DNA of 63,362 bases, filler included, from Nemertoderma westbladi (GCA_032718475.1; 3 parts of 3 records of this genome joined end to end with filler, not necessarily neighbours in it), one strand, 5' to 3'. Positions 52,301 to 63,362 are shown, numbered from the whole stretch's first letter. Notes: a model not told the origin generated them from the sequence alone. Numbers and translations: made by a program.

Positions 52301-53960
52301 CTCGATAGCCCCCTCAAACCCGATTGTCTCTGGAGACTCAACCGCCCCCTCAAACCTGACAGTCTCTGGAGACTCAACCGCCCCCTGAGACCCGACAGTC
52401 TCTGGAGACTCGACCGCTTCCTCAGACCCGACAGTCTCTGGAGACTCGACCGCCCACTGAGACACGACAGTCTCTGGAGACTCGACTGCTCCCTCAGACC
52501 CGACAGTTTCTGGAGACTCGACCGCCCCCTGAGACCTGACAGTCTCTGGAGACTAGACTGCTCCCTCAGACCCGGCAGTCTCTGGAGACTCGACCGCCCC
52601 CTCAGACCTGACAGCCTCTGGAGACTCGACCGCCCCCTGAGACCTGATAGTCTCTGGAGACTCAACCGCTCCTTCAGACCCGACAATCTCTGGTGACTCG
52701 ACCGCCCCCTGAGATCCGGCAGTCTCTGGAGACTCAACCGCTCCCTGAGATCCGACAGTCTCTGGAGACTCTACCGCTCCCTCAGACCCAACAATCTCTG
52801 GAGACTCGACTGCCCCTTCAAACCCGACACACACTGGAGACTCGACCGCTCCGCGCCCCCTGAGACCCGACAGACTCTGGAGACTCGACCATCCCCTCAA
52901 CCATCCTCCTTGAACTGGTAGAGATCCCTGAGTTCCGTAAGGAGACTCATTACGATGGTTCAGTTTAGCAGCATCTATAACTTCTATCCTGTATATAACC
53001 CCACGTTTATCAGGATGTGATTTCTGTAGATTACGACGTTCTTCTCTTAGTTGGTATTGATAATTGGATTGTAGTGTAATCGGGCGATATATATACGTTG
53101 TTGTAGCGTTGTGATTGACATAGCTGGCGCGATTTCCGAAGTAAGGTTGCTCTCATATTTGGAGATAAGGTGACCACCATTGTTTGCGTCCCGTTATCTT
53201 TAATTTTACCCACCCGTTTAGTGGACATATCCATATCTGTAGATACCAACTAAATGCAATATCAATATCAATCACAAGCTGGTTATCATCGTCCTCTACT
53301 GAAGTTCCGCTAACAACAATATTATCTTTACGAAGCTGTTGTTCTATTTCTTCGCCCTTAAGAACTTGATTAGAAGATTCGTGGGAGTTATTGCTGCATT
53401 TGGACTTATGGGAGGATGGAACTTCATTCCATTCACCATCATCTTTAAGATCGAGGGGGAATCAAGTCCGTCCAGTTTCCAATGTAGATCCTCCACACTG
53501 GTCTCAATCTCAACTCGCAATTCCTTAAGTCTGGTATTTACTAGTTGTCGGTTGTCATTTATAATTTTTTGGATATTGGTCGACTTCTCTTCAGCAGCAT
53601 CAAGTTGTTGCTGAAATTCAAGAAGTTTATCATCTATGCGAGACTCCAAATCTTCTAAATCTTTTGATGTTCGAGACAACCGTTGCCCAACACATCGACC
53701 ACAATAAAAGTCAACTCGGCCAAAGTCTGTTCCGTTCGCGGCGATACATATCATTGACATTTCACAGTTCGCACCCGAGCAGCAAACTTCTATCTCTTCA
53801 CTGCTGTCGTTTCTTTGGTTTGAAGGTACCGGAACAGCTTCAACATTAGCGGGAGGTGCTATCTTTGCTGACTTTGCAACACACTTTACCATATGATTTA
53901 AACAATAAGATATTGCTTGACATTTTATTTGTTTAACAGTTTAATGTACATAAATAATCG
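49390..53960 (-). mobile_element. Near full-length decayed CR1-group LINE (ORF1, VNTR, APE, RT)
   Basis: ORF1 from ATG 53892 with Cys cluster, coiled coil, NIVVSG...VYISPDYT; APE LYNASSLLN...ITETWL...HGGV...SDH; RT YRPISLL, QHGFRK, YFDFQKAFDSVSH, LADDCK, KEKDLGI. Confidence 0.88.
52170..52895. repeat. 36-bp minisatellite, ~20 copies, between LINE ORF1 and APE
   Basis: CAGTCTCTGGAGACTCGACCGCCCCCTCAGACCCGA units (GAVESPETVGSE on minus strand). Confidence 0.92.
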
Positions 53961-54534
53961 ATTCTAGACATATGTTATATTGTACAATATAAACTGCTTT
54001 ATAAATTCAATAGCGTAAGATATTTTAGATAAATTTGTGCATTTTAATCTCACTAGGGGGCGACCCCGTCACATTATCGTGTAAATCCATTTTAATAATA
54101 ATAATAATAATACCAATTAAATTTGGTCCTGGACAATTCCGTCCCGGACAATTCGGTCCCATTAATATGTATGTTTTGGGACTGAATTGTCCTAGTCAGT
54201 ATATGGACAAATGGGTCCTGGACAATTCGGTCCCGAACAATTCGGTCCCGAATTGTTCGAAATTAATGGGACCGAATTGTCTGGGACCGAATTGTCTGGG
54301 ACCGAATTGTCCGGACCGAATTTTCCAGGACCAAATTGTTCTGCTTCCTCCACTGGCACAATTGGTTTTAATGCTCTTTGCAGCAGCCTTCCCTTCTGCA
54401 AAGAAGATATCGTCAATGGGAATATCTGGGAGTACAGACTCAGACACTTTTACTTCTATAAAGTTATCAGGCAATACCCTGTCATTATTGAGGAGCTTTT
54501 AAAGTGGGCCTTCCAACCATTGAGACGATCGGCT

Positions 54535-54634
54535 NNNNNNNNNNNNNNNNNNNNNNNNNNNNNNNNNNNNNNNNNNNNTTAATTAATTAANNNNNNNNNN
54601 NNNNNNNNNNNNNNNNNNNNNNNNNNNNNNNNNN
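54535..54634. other. Artificial contig linker
   Basis: N44-TTAATTAATTAA-N44. Confidence 0.97.
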
Positions 54635-55183
54635 CCTCAATATTTCCACCTATCGATGTGAGTATTACATTGATGAGATACACCCGATAACGTTTCCGTT
54701 TTGTGTTTAACTCGGTAATGTTAGTCCGTGGAGGGGATGTTAAAAGTTCGACACACAAATACCTAATGTTCTTTTTCGTTTCTGGCCCCACATTTTATGA
54801 CGATCGCGCGAACCCAGATACAGTTTTGCATAACTTTTTACTGTTTTCGCGATATCGCGGATTCAATAGCGAGGTGTCTGAAAATATTGTGACTTCAATG
54901 GTAATTATTAGCGGAATAAATCTAACTGTGGCTCATATCAAAAGGCATTGTAAAAAATCATAAACACGTCATATACATAAAGTGTTCTATAAAAAATGAT
55001 TGGAATTCTGTAAATCATATTCGTAGTCTCGTTAGTCCAAACGGACTCAAATCCTCTGATAAATGGCGGAAGAGAGATACATTATACCGGTAGTTGAAAA
55101 CAATTAACTTTTGATCCCGGAAGAGCCACATGTTGGCTTATCTCCCGGCAAAAAATACAATCCCAATCCCGACTTTATTGGAA

Positions 55184-55394
55184 CGAGATCCGAGATCCGG
55201 GATCCGAGATCCGGGATCCGAGATCCGGGATCCGAGAGCCTAGATCCGATATCCGGGATCCGAGAGCCTAGATCCGAGATCCGGGATCCGAGAGCCGAGA
55301 TCCGAGAGCCGGGATCCGAGAGCCGAGATCCGAGAGCCGAGATCCGAGAGCCGAGATCCGAGAGCCGAGATCTGAGAGCCGAGATCCGAGATCC
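55184..55394. repeat. 7-bp satellite (CCGAGAT/CCGAGAG/CCGGGAT)
   Basis: About 30 tandem heptamers. Confidence 0.9.
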
Positions 55395-55690
55395 CTATAT
55401 GTTTAAATAGTGAAGTTAATTTGTTGAATATCCGACAAATAGTTGCATCAGAACAGAACAGAACATGAATTAAAATGTCAGTCAACCAACCAGAAATCAG
55501 CTATAAATTAATTTTAATATCAATCTTCTAATATTTCAGCATTATGAAATAAAGTGACACAAAGTTGCCAAAAACCCGTTTCATAACGCCACGTGCCACT
55601 TTATATACAAACAACTTTAATATGAATATTGAATTCAAAATAATAGCAATCCCGATCCCGAGAGATTCTATTTGATCCTTATTATTCTAG

Positions 55691-55807
55691 GTTTTACTGG
55701 AATTTCTTAATTCCAAGTTGTTTGCGCTGGACAGCGTTGCCTTCGCGAACCAAACTCAATTGGACCGCTGTATCGAACTGCGGAACTATGAAGCGGAGGC
55801 ATCACAG
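55691..55807 (+). CDS. TRIO: Trio/Kalirin RhoGEF, spectrin-repeat exon
   Basis: TTCTAG acceptor; VLLEFLNSKLFALD...LDRCIELRNYEAEASQ resembles Trio LEFLHEKQ...LEQCVQLRHLQAEVKQ; donor CAG|GTTAGT. Confidence 0.85.
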
Positions 55808-56690
55808 GTTAGTGTAACCGAGGTGTTCCAGGTCAATAACGGATGCGTCACTGGTTAGTGTAACCGAGGTGTTCCAGGTCAATAACGGATGCGTCACTGG
55901 TTAGTAACCGTGGTGTTACAGGTCAATAACGGATGCGTCACAGGTTAGTAACCGAGGTGTTACAGGTCAATAACCGATGCGTCACTGGTTAGTAACCGAG
56001 GTGTTACAGGTCATTAACGGATGTATCCGTCACTGGTTAGTAACCGAGGTCTTACACGTCAATAACGGATGCGTCACAGGTTAATAACCGAGGTGTTACA
56101 GGTCACTAACGGATGCGTCACAGGTTAGTAACCGAGGTATTAAAGGTCACTAACGGATGCGTCACTGGTTAGTAACCGAGGTGTTACAGGTCACTAACGG
56201 ATGCGTCACTGGTTAGTAACCGAGGTGTTACAGGTCACTAACGGATGCGTCACAGGTTAGTAACCGAGGTGTTAAAGGTCACTAACGGATGCGTCACTGG
56301 TTAGTAACCGAGGTGTTACAGGTCACTAACGGATCCGTCACAGGTTAGTAACCGAGGTGTTACAGGTCACTAACGGATGGATCCGTCACATGTTAGTAAC
56401 CGAGGTGTTACAGGTCACTAACGGATGCGTCACTGGTTAGTAACCGAGGTGTTAACTGGTTAGTAACCGAGGTGTTACAGGTCAATAACGGATGCGTCAC
56501 AGGTTAGTAACCGAGGTGTTACAGGTCACTAACGGATGCGTCACTGGTTAGTAACCGAGGTGTTACAGGTCAATAACGGATGCGTCACAGGTTAGTAACC
56601 GAGGTGTTACAGGTCACTAACGGATGCGTCACTGGTTAGTAACCAAGGTTGTTACAGGTGACTAATGGATGCGTCACAGGTTCCTAACGG
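55793..56690 (+). repeat. 44-bp minisatellite, ~20 copies, built from the exon end/donor
   Basis: Unit GCGTCACAG GTTAGTAACCGAGGTGTTACAGGTCACTAACGGAT; first unit is the exon end GCATCACAG|GTTAGT. Confidence 0.92.
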
Positions 56691-56987
56691 AGGAGTGACG
56701 AAACCGTATTAAATAAAGTAAACAATGTTTTCATTATACCCTCTCGCACTCATTATTTATTATCTATCCTCACTGCAATTTTCCAGAATATTTTTATAGC
56801 GATAATTTTTTTTTCTTCCGACTGACAAAAGGTCGTAATCCAAAACTGGCCTGGCGATAATAAGGTGTTAACGGTCCTTTTTTTAATCAGTCCGGTAATT
56901 CGACCCTATTATGCCAAGTAGTTGCAGTTTGGCGGGTCATTATAAGAGTGGAAGACAATTAATAATGTTGTATGTCATGTCATCTAG

Positions 56988-57107
56988 GTTCTTGGTTGGA
57001 TCAGAAATGGAGAGAGTCTATTGGATGCTTGTACTATCCTACCCAACAGTCTAGAGGAAGCCGAACTGAATGCCAAAGAACACGAACAGTTCCAACTTAC
57101 TATAGAG
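56988..57107 (+). CDS. TRIO: Trio/Kalirin exon
   Basis: [12 protein letters not shown]...[20 protein letters not shown]; AG/GT borders, phase 0-0. Confidence 0.92.
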
Positions 57108-57224
57108 GTGAGTTGGTTTGCAAAAGAACACAAGTAGTACCGAGACAGGGGGGGGGGGGGGGGGTGGGGGTGGGGGTGGGGGGTGGGGGTGGTGGTGGGG
57201 GTGGGGGTGGGGGTGGGTGGGGGT

Positions 57225-57375
57225 TGGAGTGACTTGACGCAAATACCATTTGGCCAATTATTAATAGCTCGCCTCAATTAAAATTACCAATTATTGGAAA
57301 TTAGCATGGATGCTAATTTCCAATAATTGGTAATTTTAATTGAGGCGAGAATGGTATTTGCGTCAAGTCACTCCA
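57225..57375. repeat. Hairpin/MITE-like inverted repeat in Trio intron
   Basis: 26-bp outer arms, 40-bp perfect inner arms, 17-nt bulge; flanked by G- and C-tracts. Confidence 0.85.
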
Positions 57376-57560
57376 CCCCGCCCTTGTCCATCATTTTGGC
57401 GTCCATGGACGCCAAAACAATAAACAAAATCCCCCCCCCCCCCTCCCCTCTATCTGACAGTTCCAGTTGACTATTAGAGGTCAGTTATTTTGCTAAAGAA
57501 CACGTTTATCTATTTTTGATTGATATCAATATAAACACTGTGAACTGTTATTTCATTTAG

Positions 57561-57752
57561 AGCACCCATGCTGCCGCTTTGGAGGTTCAAGCGAGAGCCG
57601 ATATTTTGCTCAAATCGGAACATCCGGAGGAATACAGAATCAGGGAATTGGCTGTAGCCGTGGCGGATTGTTGGCAAAGTCTGAAACTAAAAGCAGAGGA
57701 CAGATTCAAGATGATCACGAGTTCGTTACACTTCTATAAAACAGCCGACCAG
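57561..57752 (+). CDS. TRIO: Trio/Kalirin exon
   Basis: STHAAALEVQARA...VADCWQSLKLKAEDRFKMITSSLHFYKTADQ; AG/GT borders. Confidence 0.92.
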
Positions 57753-58276
57753 GTACGATTTAGTTCCACATATCCCCAAGCAAAGCCACCGTAATTTCTT
57801 ATATTATGATTTTTCATAAAAGCTTCGCTAGTCATCTTTCAATGTTAGCGAATATTTGATTGCTTGTAATATATAGTTTGAAAAAGTATTGAATAGTCGT
57901 ACTAATTGCAGGATTGGTGCTGATGGAGGCGGTGTACTCCAATGATTATTTACCCAGCGAAATTGAGATTTACAGATTTGGAATCCAACGCCACTTTTAC
58001 GTACCAATAAATTAATCACCATAATATAAGGACAACAAATAATGGCGGTACGATTGGTACAATATCGATGGAGTCACCTTTTTTTAAATTTTACAAAAGA
58101 AGTTAAATAAAATTAATTGAAATAAAAATAGAGCCGTTGAATTATTATTAAGGCCACTAAATGCCAGGGATAAAAATATTTTTATTCTAGAACGTTAAAT
58201 GTTTAATTAAATTGAAATAATGCTACTAAAGTAAATTGTTGATTTATAATTAGTTACTTGATTGCGGTAACTTTAG

Positions 58277-58526
58277 GTTCGAACTGTCCTCTCGTCGCTA
58301 AGCAGCCAGTACTGCCAATCTCACACATCGGATCAGTGTGGGACAGACAGCGAGTTGGCAGAAGACGAGGTGTCCCAATGTCTGTCAAAGTTACAGGAGC
58401 ACAAGGAGATGTTCCTCAAGGCGTGCACGCTGGCGAGAAGGAATGGGGAGACCTTTGTGAAGTACCTACATCGGAGCTCGTTGCCCCAACTAGCGGGGAA
58501 TAACGGCACCGAATCTACAGTGCGAG
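58277..58526 (+). CDS. TRIO: Trio/Kalirin exon
   Basis: VRTVLSSL...EHKEMFLKACTLARRNGETFVKYLHR; donor G|GTGAGT. Confidence 0.92.
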
Positions 58527-58730
58527 GTGAGTCCGATAGGGGGTGTGTCGATGATATACCTATTTTACTTGAAGTGTGAAAAGTAGCACTTTAAATTGCG
58601 CTGATTCGATTATTTTGTTTTGTAACAAGTATGTATCTATGTATATACGTATGTAAGTTGCTAAGTAATGTGCTATATAACATGGCCGTGAATTACTTGA
58701 TTTAAAAATGTAACCAATTATCACTTCTAG

Positions 58731-58972
58731 ATGTTCTGGACAATCTATTAAAACAAGAGAATTCCGTTCTGGAAAGGTGGACGCAGCGTAAACGTCAGTT
58801 GGATCAGTGCCAGCAGTACGCGTTGCTAAGGAGGTCGGCGAAGCAAGCCTTGGATTGGATAACAGGTGCTGGGGATCTGTTTATAGCAACGCACCTAGCA
58901 ACCGCAACCACCAAGGAGGAAACGCAGACCAGACTAAACAGGCACAATGAGTTTATGAACACGGCCGCCAAG
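58731..58972 (+). CDS. TRIO: Trio/Kalirin exon; gene continues beyond the window
   Basis: QENSVLERWTQRKRQLDQCQQY...RSAKQALDWI...; donor AAG|GTGAGT. Confidence 0.92.
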
Positions 58973-59411
58973 GTGAGTTTATTAGCATCTGACAAAGCCA
59001 GCAAGATTTCTGCAGAAGTAGAATAAAGTCTGAGCTGATAATTATTACTCACTGATGTGTTTAGGATTTAGTGTTTAGATTTTTTTCACGGACGACTTTG
59101 ACCTTTTCTTTCTTGCAATATTTATGATTGAATCCTGTCCCACAAGATTCATTGCAACCTTTTATTAATATAACATGCTTACAATATCCAATGGTCATGA
59201 TAATTGTTGGTTTGTTTATTTACTTTTGAGGTTTATCGCAATATTATCTGCATTTATTGCAAAAACGTCGGTTATTTAGATTTATAATGATATAATGCAA
59301 AACAAAAAGTTTAAAAAAACAGTTTCTACTTGATAAATATATTTATGAAATATAAAAGGGAAATCCTGATTATTATTATTATTGCTAAAAAAATAATATA
59401 ATTGCACGACG

Positions 59412-61214
59412 TTATGATTGGTTGGATGTTTGTTTATAAACCTCCAATGAGGAATCAGTTAGGGCTGCTAAGTACCCACCGTTGTCCAATCCAACATGAG
59501 CTACATCCACGGCTGGGCTGGGGATAGCCAATCGCTGAGCGCGGCTCCCCGAGGCCACAGAGAACACCTCCACCGATTGGCTGGTCTCGTTGCCAGCTGC
59601 GACCAATACGTCGCCCTCTAGCGAGTAGATGGTGGATCGGGAAAGGAGTTTCATGGAGGTTCCGCCGTAGAAAGTTTCTACCGGTTGGGCGATAACAGAG
59701 CGAAGCGAGGGGAGTGGTTCGGGTAGCGAGGGGAGCGGTTCCGGTTGCACTGCGGACTGCAGCGCCGGCTGGGACACTACGTGTCGCACCGTGGGACACA
59801 GTCTACCGGGGCGGAATGACGCCAACCAATGGGAACTGCGCGGTTCCACGCACACTGTGGTGCAGGAACCGCTGACGGACAGAATGTTCGGTTTCAGCAG
59901 ATCCGTGGCGGCAAGTTCCCAGAACTGAGTTCCTTCCAGGGTCCCGAGTAGAACGCCGCTGGATGGGAGGGGGGCGGCTTGGGGGGCTGCGTGGGGGGAA
60001 GGGGGGCCGGCGGGGGATACGAACTCCATAGACACTACGGGGCATTTAGCGGCTTCTAACTGGAGCAGCGGGGTCGTTGTGTTCCGCAGGTCCATTACCA
60101 GCAGTCCGCCTGTCTGCAGTCCGACGTAGAAGTAATGGTCCGTCTGGCGGTTCCAGCAGGCGGACCAGACTGGCGCGCTGGTAGGGTACGCGACGACCAG
60201 CGAGTCGGACAACACCGAGGTGAGTTTGACGAGTCTGTCGGCGCCGCCGGTGAGTAGGAGCCCGCGAGCCCCGGGAGAGAGGCTGAGAGTCCGGATGGGT
60301 TTACTGTGGAGGAGGAGGCAGTCCCCGGGGGACCTAGGGTCTGTCGCCGAGGACTTTATGACGCCGTAGCCGGAGAACAGAGAGTTGGTCTGCGAGTAGG
60401 TGGTCGCTAGGATACCGCGGAGCGGGTCGTAAGCGAGGAGTCGACAACCGGATCGTGGGAGTTTTACCGATGCGGAGGAGGAGTTGTATGGTTGGAGAGG
60501 GGAGGTCGGTTTACGTGACTCAACCGACTCCGTGGTCTGGGTGAGTCGCCCTCGCAAGGAGTTGTTCTCCTCCAGTAACATCTGCAGTTGGAGTCGCGAG
60601 TTGGCGAGTTCCAGTTCGACTGCTCTTCGAATCCGCCGCTCCTCCTCCAGGGATTGTACAGCGCGATCCCGTTCCCCGCTGTCCGCCGCGCTCACCTTCC
60701 TCGCGTAGATCGCTCGGATGTCTCGCGGTCGAGCCTTCGCGTTGCATTGCGGGCACTTCTCGCCACCGGCGCCTCGCAGCCATTTCTCAATGCACTGCTG
60801 CCCAAACAGATGTCCGCAGAGGAGCGCCACCAAGCGGTGGCGTCCGGAAGTGTTCCAGACGTCGAGGCAAATGGAACAGGTGTCCGAGTCGTCCTCTTCG
60901 CGAGTATCGTTCGTTCTAGGTCGTTTACTCCCCTTCCTGGATATCCTGAACTCGTTCGGGGAGGTTGTTTGTCTGACCGGTACCGGTTTAGGTACTGACT
61001 TCCTACTCCTGGTGACGGGACTCTCGCTAACAGCTACCGTACCGGGACCGGGAGGTGTGGAGGTTATCTCTACCACATCCTCACGTCCAGGTCCCGTGTC
61101 TGCATCTACAACCGGTACATCAGCCGTCAATGCACCCAGTTCGTTATGGTCCTCTGGTTCTGGATATACTTCTGGACTGTCAGGAATCGTATCAATGTCT
61201 GCCGACTCATCCAT
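59412..61214 (-). CDS. RFWD3: E3 ubiquitin ligase RFWD3 (RING, coiled coil, WD40), uninterrupted CDS
   Basis: CSICLDVW...HRLVALLCGHLFG..CIEKWL...CPQCN.KA...DIR.IYA, coiled coil, GCRLLAY, LHSKPIR, PVWSACW...YFYVGLQ.G. Confidence 0.92.
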   Translation of the reverse strand: MDESADIDTIPDSPEVYPEPEDHNELGALTADVPVVDADTGPGREDVVEITSTPPGPGTVAVSESPVTRSRKSVPKPVPVRQTTSPNEFRISRKGSKRPRTNDTREEDDSDTCSICLDVWNTSGRHRLVALLCGHLFGQQCIEKWLRGAGGEKCPQCNAKARPRDIRAIYARKVSAADSGERDRAVQSLEEERRIRRAVELELANSRLQLQMLLEENNSLRGRLTQTTESVESRKPTSPLQPYNSSSASVKLPRSGCRLLAYDPLRGILATTYSQTNSLFSGYGVIKSSATDPRSPGDCLLLHSKPIRTLSLSPGARGLLLTGGADRLVKLTSVLSDSLVVAYPTSAPVWSACWNRQTDHYFYVGLQTGGLLVMDLRNTTTPLLQLEAAKCPVVSMEFVSPAGPPSPHAAPQAAPLPSSGVLLGTLEGTQFWELAATDLLKPNILSVSGSCTTVCVEPRSSHWLASFRPGRLCPTVRHVVSQPALQSAVQPEPLPSLPEPLPSLRSVIAQPVETFYGGTSMKLLSRSTIYSLEGDVLVAAGNETSQSVEVFSVASGSRAQRLAIPSPAVDVAHVGLDNGGYLAALTDSSLEVYKQTSNQS

Positions 61215-61800
61215 TTACAGTTTTTAATACATTAATAGCAGAATAGACTGCAAATCCTACAGAAAAACGAAAGTATCTCACTGGAATAGGCGTTGGGTAT
61301 ACTGGTATAGCTGTATAGATATAAAAACATTGGCTGATTGGGAGAATGGGAGTATCTCCTGGCCTGGAATTATTCAATATTTCCGTACCGGCAGGCGGCA
61401 GACCAAATCTTACTTCTTCTGCACCGCTACTTCAGTACTTGTAGTTTGTCGTTCTGGTATTCTTTAAAATAAACAAATAAAATAATAGGCCCCCCTACTA
61501 AAATAATGTTTTATTTATACAGTGAAGACATTGGTAAATAGGCCTAGGCAACAAGCTGATAAGCTACACCAGCTGACCGGTACTGGGACTGGCAATCTGT
61601 CATGCAATAGGAAGGTGAAGCGAATAAAAAATTTTCTATTCATAAAAAGTTTCTGCTTTTGCTCTACTCCAACTTTTTAAATTTCCCGCTAACACAGTAA
61701 TGTTTATTTATATCATGAGTAGTGTGTGAGCAGGAGCAGGTTTAGTTTCAAAATATATATAAGGCTAATTAAATTAGAAATACACATATAATTCTACGGT

Positions 61801-62217
61801 GATGATTTGCGGACACATTTACTTTTTCTGATATAATTTAATTACTTTTCCTTTTTTCTATCAGCTGTTACAGTTACACTACTAACACTCCTACCGGTGC
61901 ATCTACTGTGGTTCTAGGCCTACTGCTGTTCTGAATATAATTCAATTACTTTACCTTTTTTCTATCAGCTGTTCCATCAATTAACATTTTTTCTATCAGC
62001 TGTTCCATCAATTTCTTTGCCTTTTTTCTATCAGCTGTTCGTACTGTATAGCTGTATGGTCAGCATGTAGCCTACAGCTGTACCGTTACTGCGGTACAGT
62101 ACAACAGTCAACGCAGCTGATAGAAAAAAAAATTAAAGTAATTAAGGAACAGTTAATAAAAAAAAGGAAAAGAAATATAATTATTTCTGAAAAAGTAAAT
62201 GTGTCCGCAAATAATCA
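61801..62217. repeat. Foldback MITE-like element
   Basis: TTTGCGGACACATTTACTTTTTC ... GAAAAAGTAAATGTGTCCGCAAA inverted; internal TTTTCTATCAGCTG repeats. Confidence 0.75.
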
Positions 62218-62348
62218 GAGAAAATGAAAAGAAATTGAATTTTATCAAAAAAAGAACTCAAAAGAAAAAATTCTAGAACATTATATTTATCTCATAAGTA
62301 GCTGAGAAACAATGCAATACCTATAATAATACTAGTAGTGGGATATTC

Positions 62349-63362
62349 ATGGCCTTCATTAAACACAGCATTAAACTAATATTACGATGGCCTTCATTAA
62401 ACACAGGATTAAACTAATATTACGATGACCTTCATTAAACACAGGATTAAACTAAAATTAAGATGGCCTTCATTAACACAGGATTAAATTAATATTACGA
62501 TGGCCTTCATTAACACAGGATTAAATTAATATTACGATGGCCTTCATTAACACAGGATTAAATTAATATTACGATGGCCTTCATTAACACAGGATTAAAT
62601 TAATATTACGATGGCCTTCATTAACAGATTAAACTAATATTACGATGGCCTTCATTAAACACAGGATTAAACTAATATTACGATGGCCTTCATTAAACAC
62701 AGGATTAAACTAATATTACGATGGCCTTCATTAACACAGGATTAAATTAATATTACGATGGCCTTCATTAAACACAGGATTAAACTAATATTACGATGGC
62801 CTTCATTAAACACAGGATTAAACTAATATTACGATGGCCTTCATTAAACACAGGATTAAACTAATATTGCGATGGCCTTCATTAAACACAGGATTAAACT
62901 AATATTACGATGGCCTTCATTAACAGGATTAAACTAATATTACGATGACCTTCATTAAACACAGGATTAAACTAATATTACGATGGCCTTCATTAAACAA
63001 ACTATTAAACTAATATTACGATGGCCTTCATTAAACACAGGATTAAACTAATATTGCGATGGCCTTCATTAAACACAGGATTAAACTAATATTACGATGG
63101 CCTTCATTAACAGGATTAAACTAATATTACGATGGCCTTCATTAAACACAGGATTAAATTAATATTACGATGGCCTTCATTAAACACAGGATTAAACTAA
63201 TATTACGATGGCCTTCATTAAACACAGGATTAAACTAATATTACGATGGCCTTCATTAAACACAGGATTAAACTAATATTACGATGGCCTTCATTAAACA
63301 CAGGATTAAACTAATATTACGATGGCCTTCATTAACAGGATTAAACTAATATTACGATGGCC
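62349..63362. repeat. 38-bp minisatellite, ~27 copies, runs off the window
   Basis: GATGGCCTTCATTAAACACAGGATTAAACTAATATTAC units. Confidence 0.95.

Larger units (their letters stand above)
48153..54348. mobile_element. 6.2-kb foldback/Mutator-like unit with 9-bp TSD inserted into the RTE copy
   Basis: TSD TCCACTGGC at 48144-48152 and 54349-54357; termini GGATGTAGGACAATTCGGTCC / GGACCAAATTGTTCTGCTTCC; 15-bp GGACAATTCGGTCCN arrays at both ends. Confidence 0.85.

Noticed and set aside
59455-61246. Overlapping alternative-frame and antisense ORFs over RFWD3 (also over gag 29252-30414)
   Set aside because: Shadow ORFs expected in GC-rich coding sequence

Overview
AT-rich invertebrate animal (metazoan) genomic DNA. 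The window is not contiguous: it is three unrelated pieces (1-27736, 27837-54534, 54635-63362) joined by artificial N44-TTAATTAATTAA-N44 linkers. Piece 1 holds the last five exons of an I-set Ig-domain gene with a Q/G/Y-rich tail, whose introns carry a Tc1-type MITE with a CRE retroelement inside it and a decayed LINE. It also holds BEL/Pao remnants, a decayed ~855-codon DEDDy 3'-5' exonuclease plus zinc-knuckle ORF that diverges from the BEL gag and is flanked by ~94-bp repeat arrays, and an intact ORF with an unusual EVH1(WH1)-like plus CARD architecture. Piece 2 holds three calcium-binding EGF exons buried in nested transposons: an LTR element with a duplicated gag-like ORF, two solo LTRs with 5-bp TSDs, RTE, CRE and CR1 LINEs, Tc1, Harbinger and piggyBac MITEs, and a 6.2-kb foldback unit with a 9-bp TSD. 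Piece 3 holds five spectrin-repeat exons of a Trio/Kalirin ortholog, with an RFWD3 gene (uninterrupted CDS) nested antisense in an intron. A recurring oddity is that four exon-end/5' splice sites have been duplicated or amplified into intronic repeats. All family assignments come from motif recognition by eye; no searches were run.
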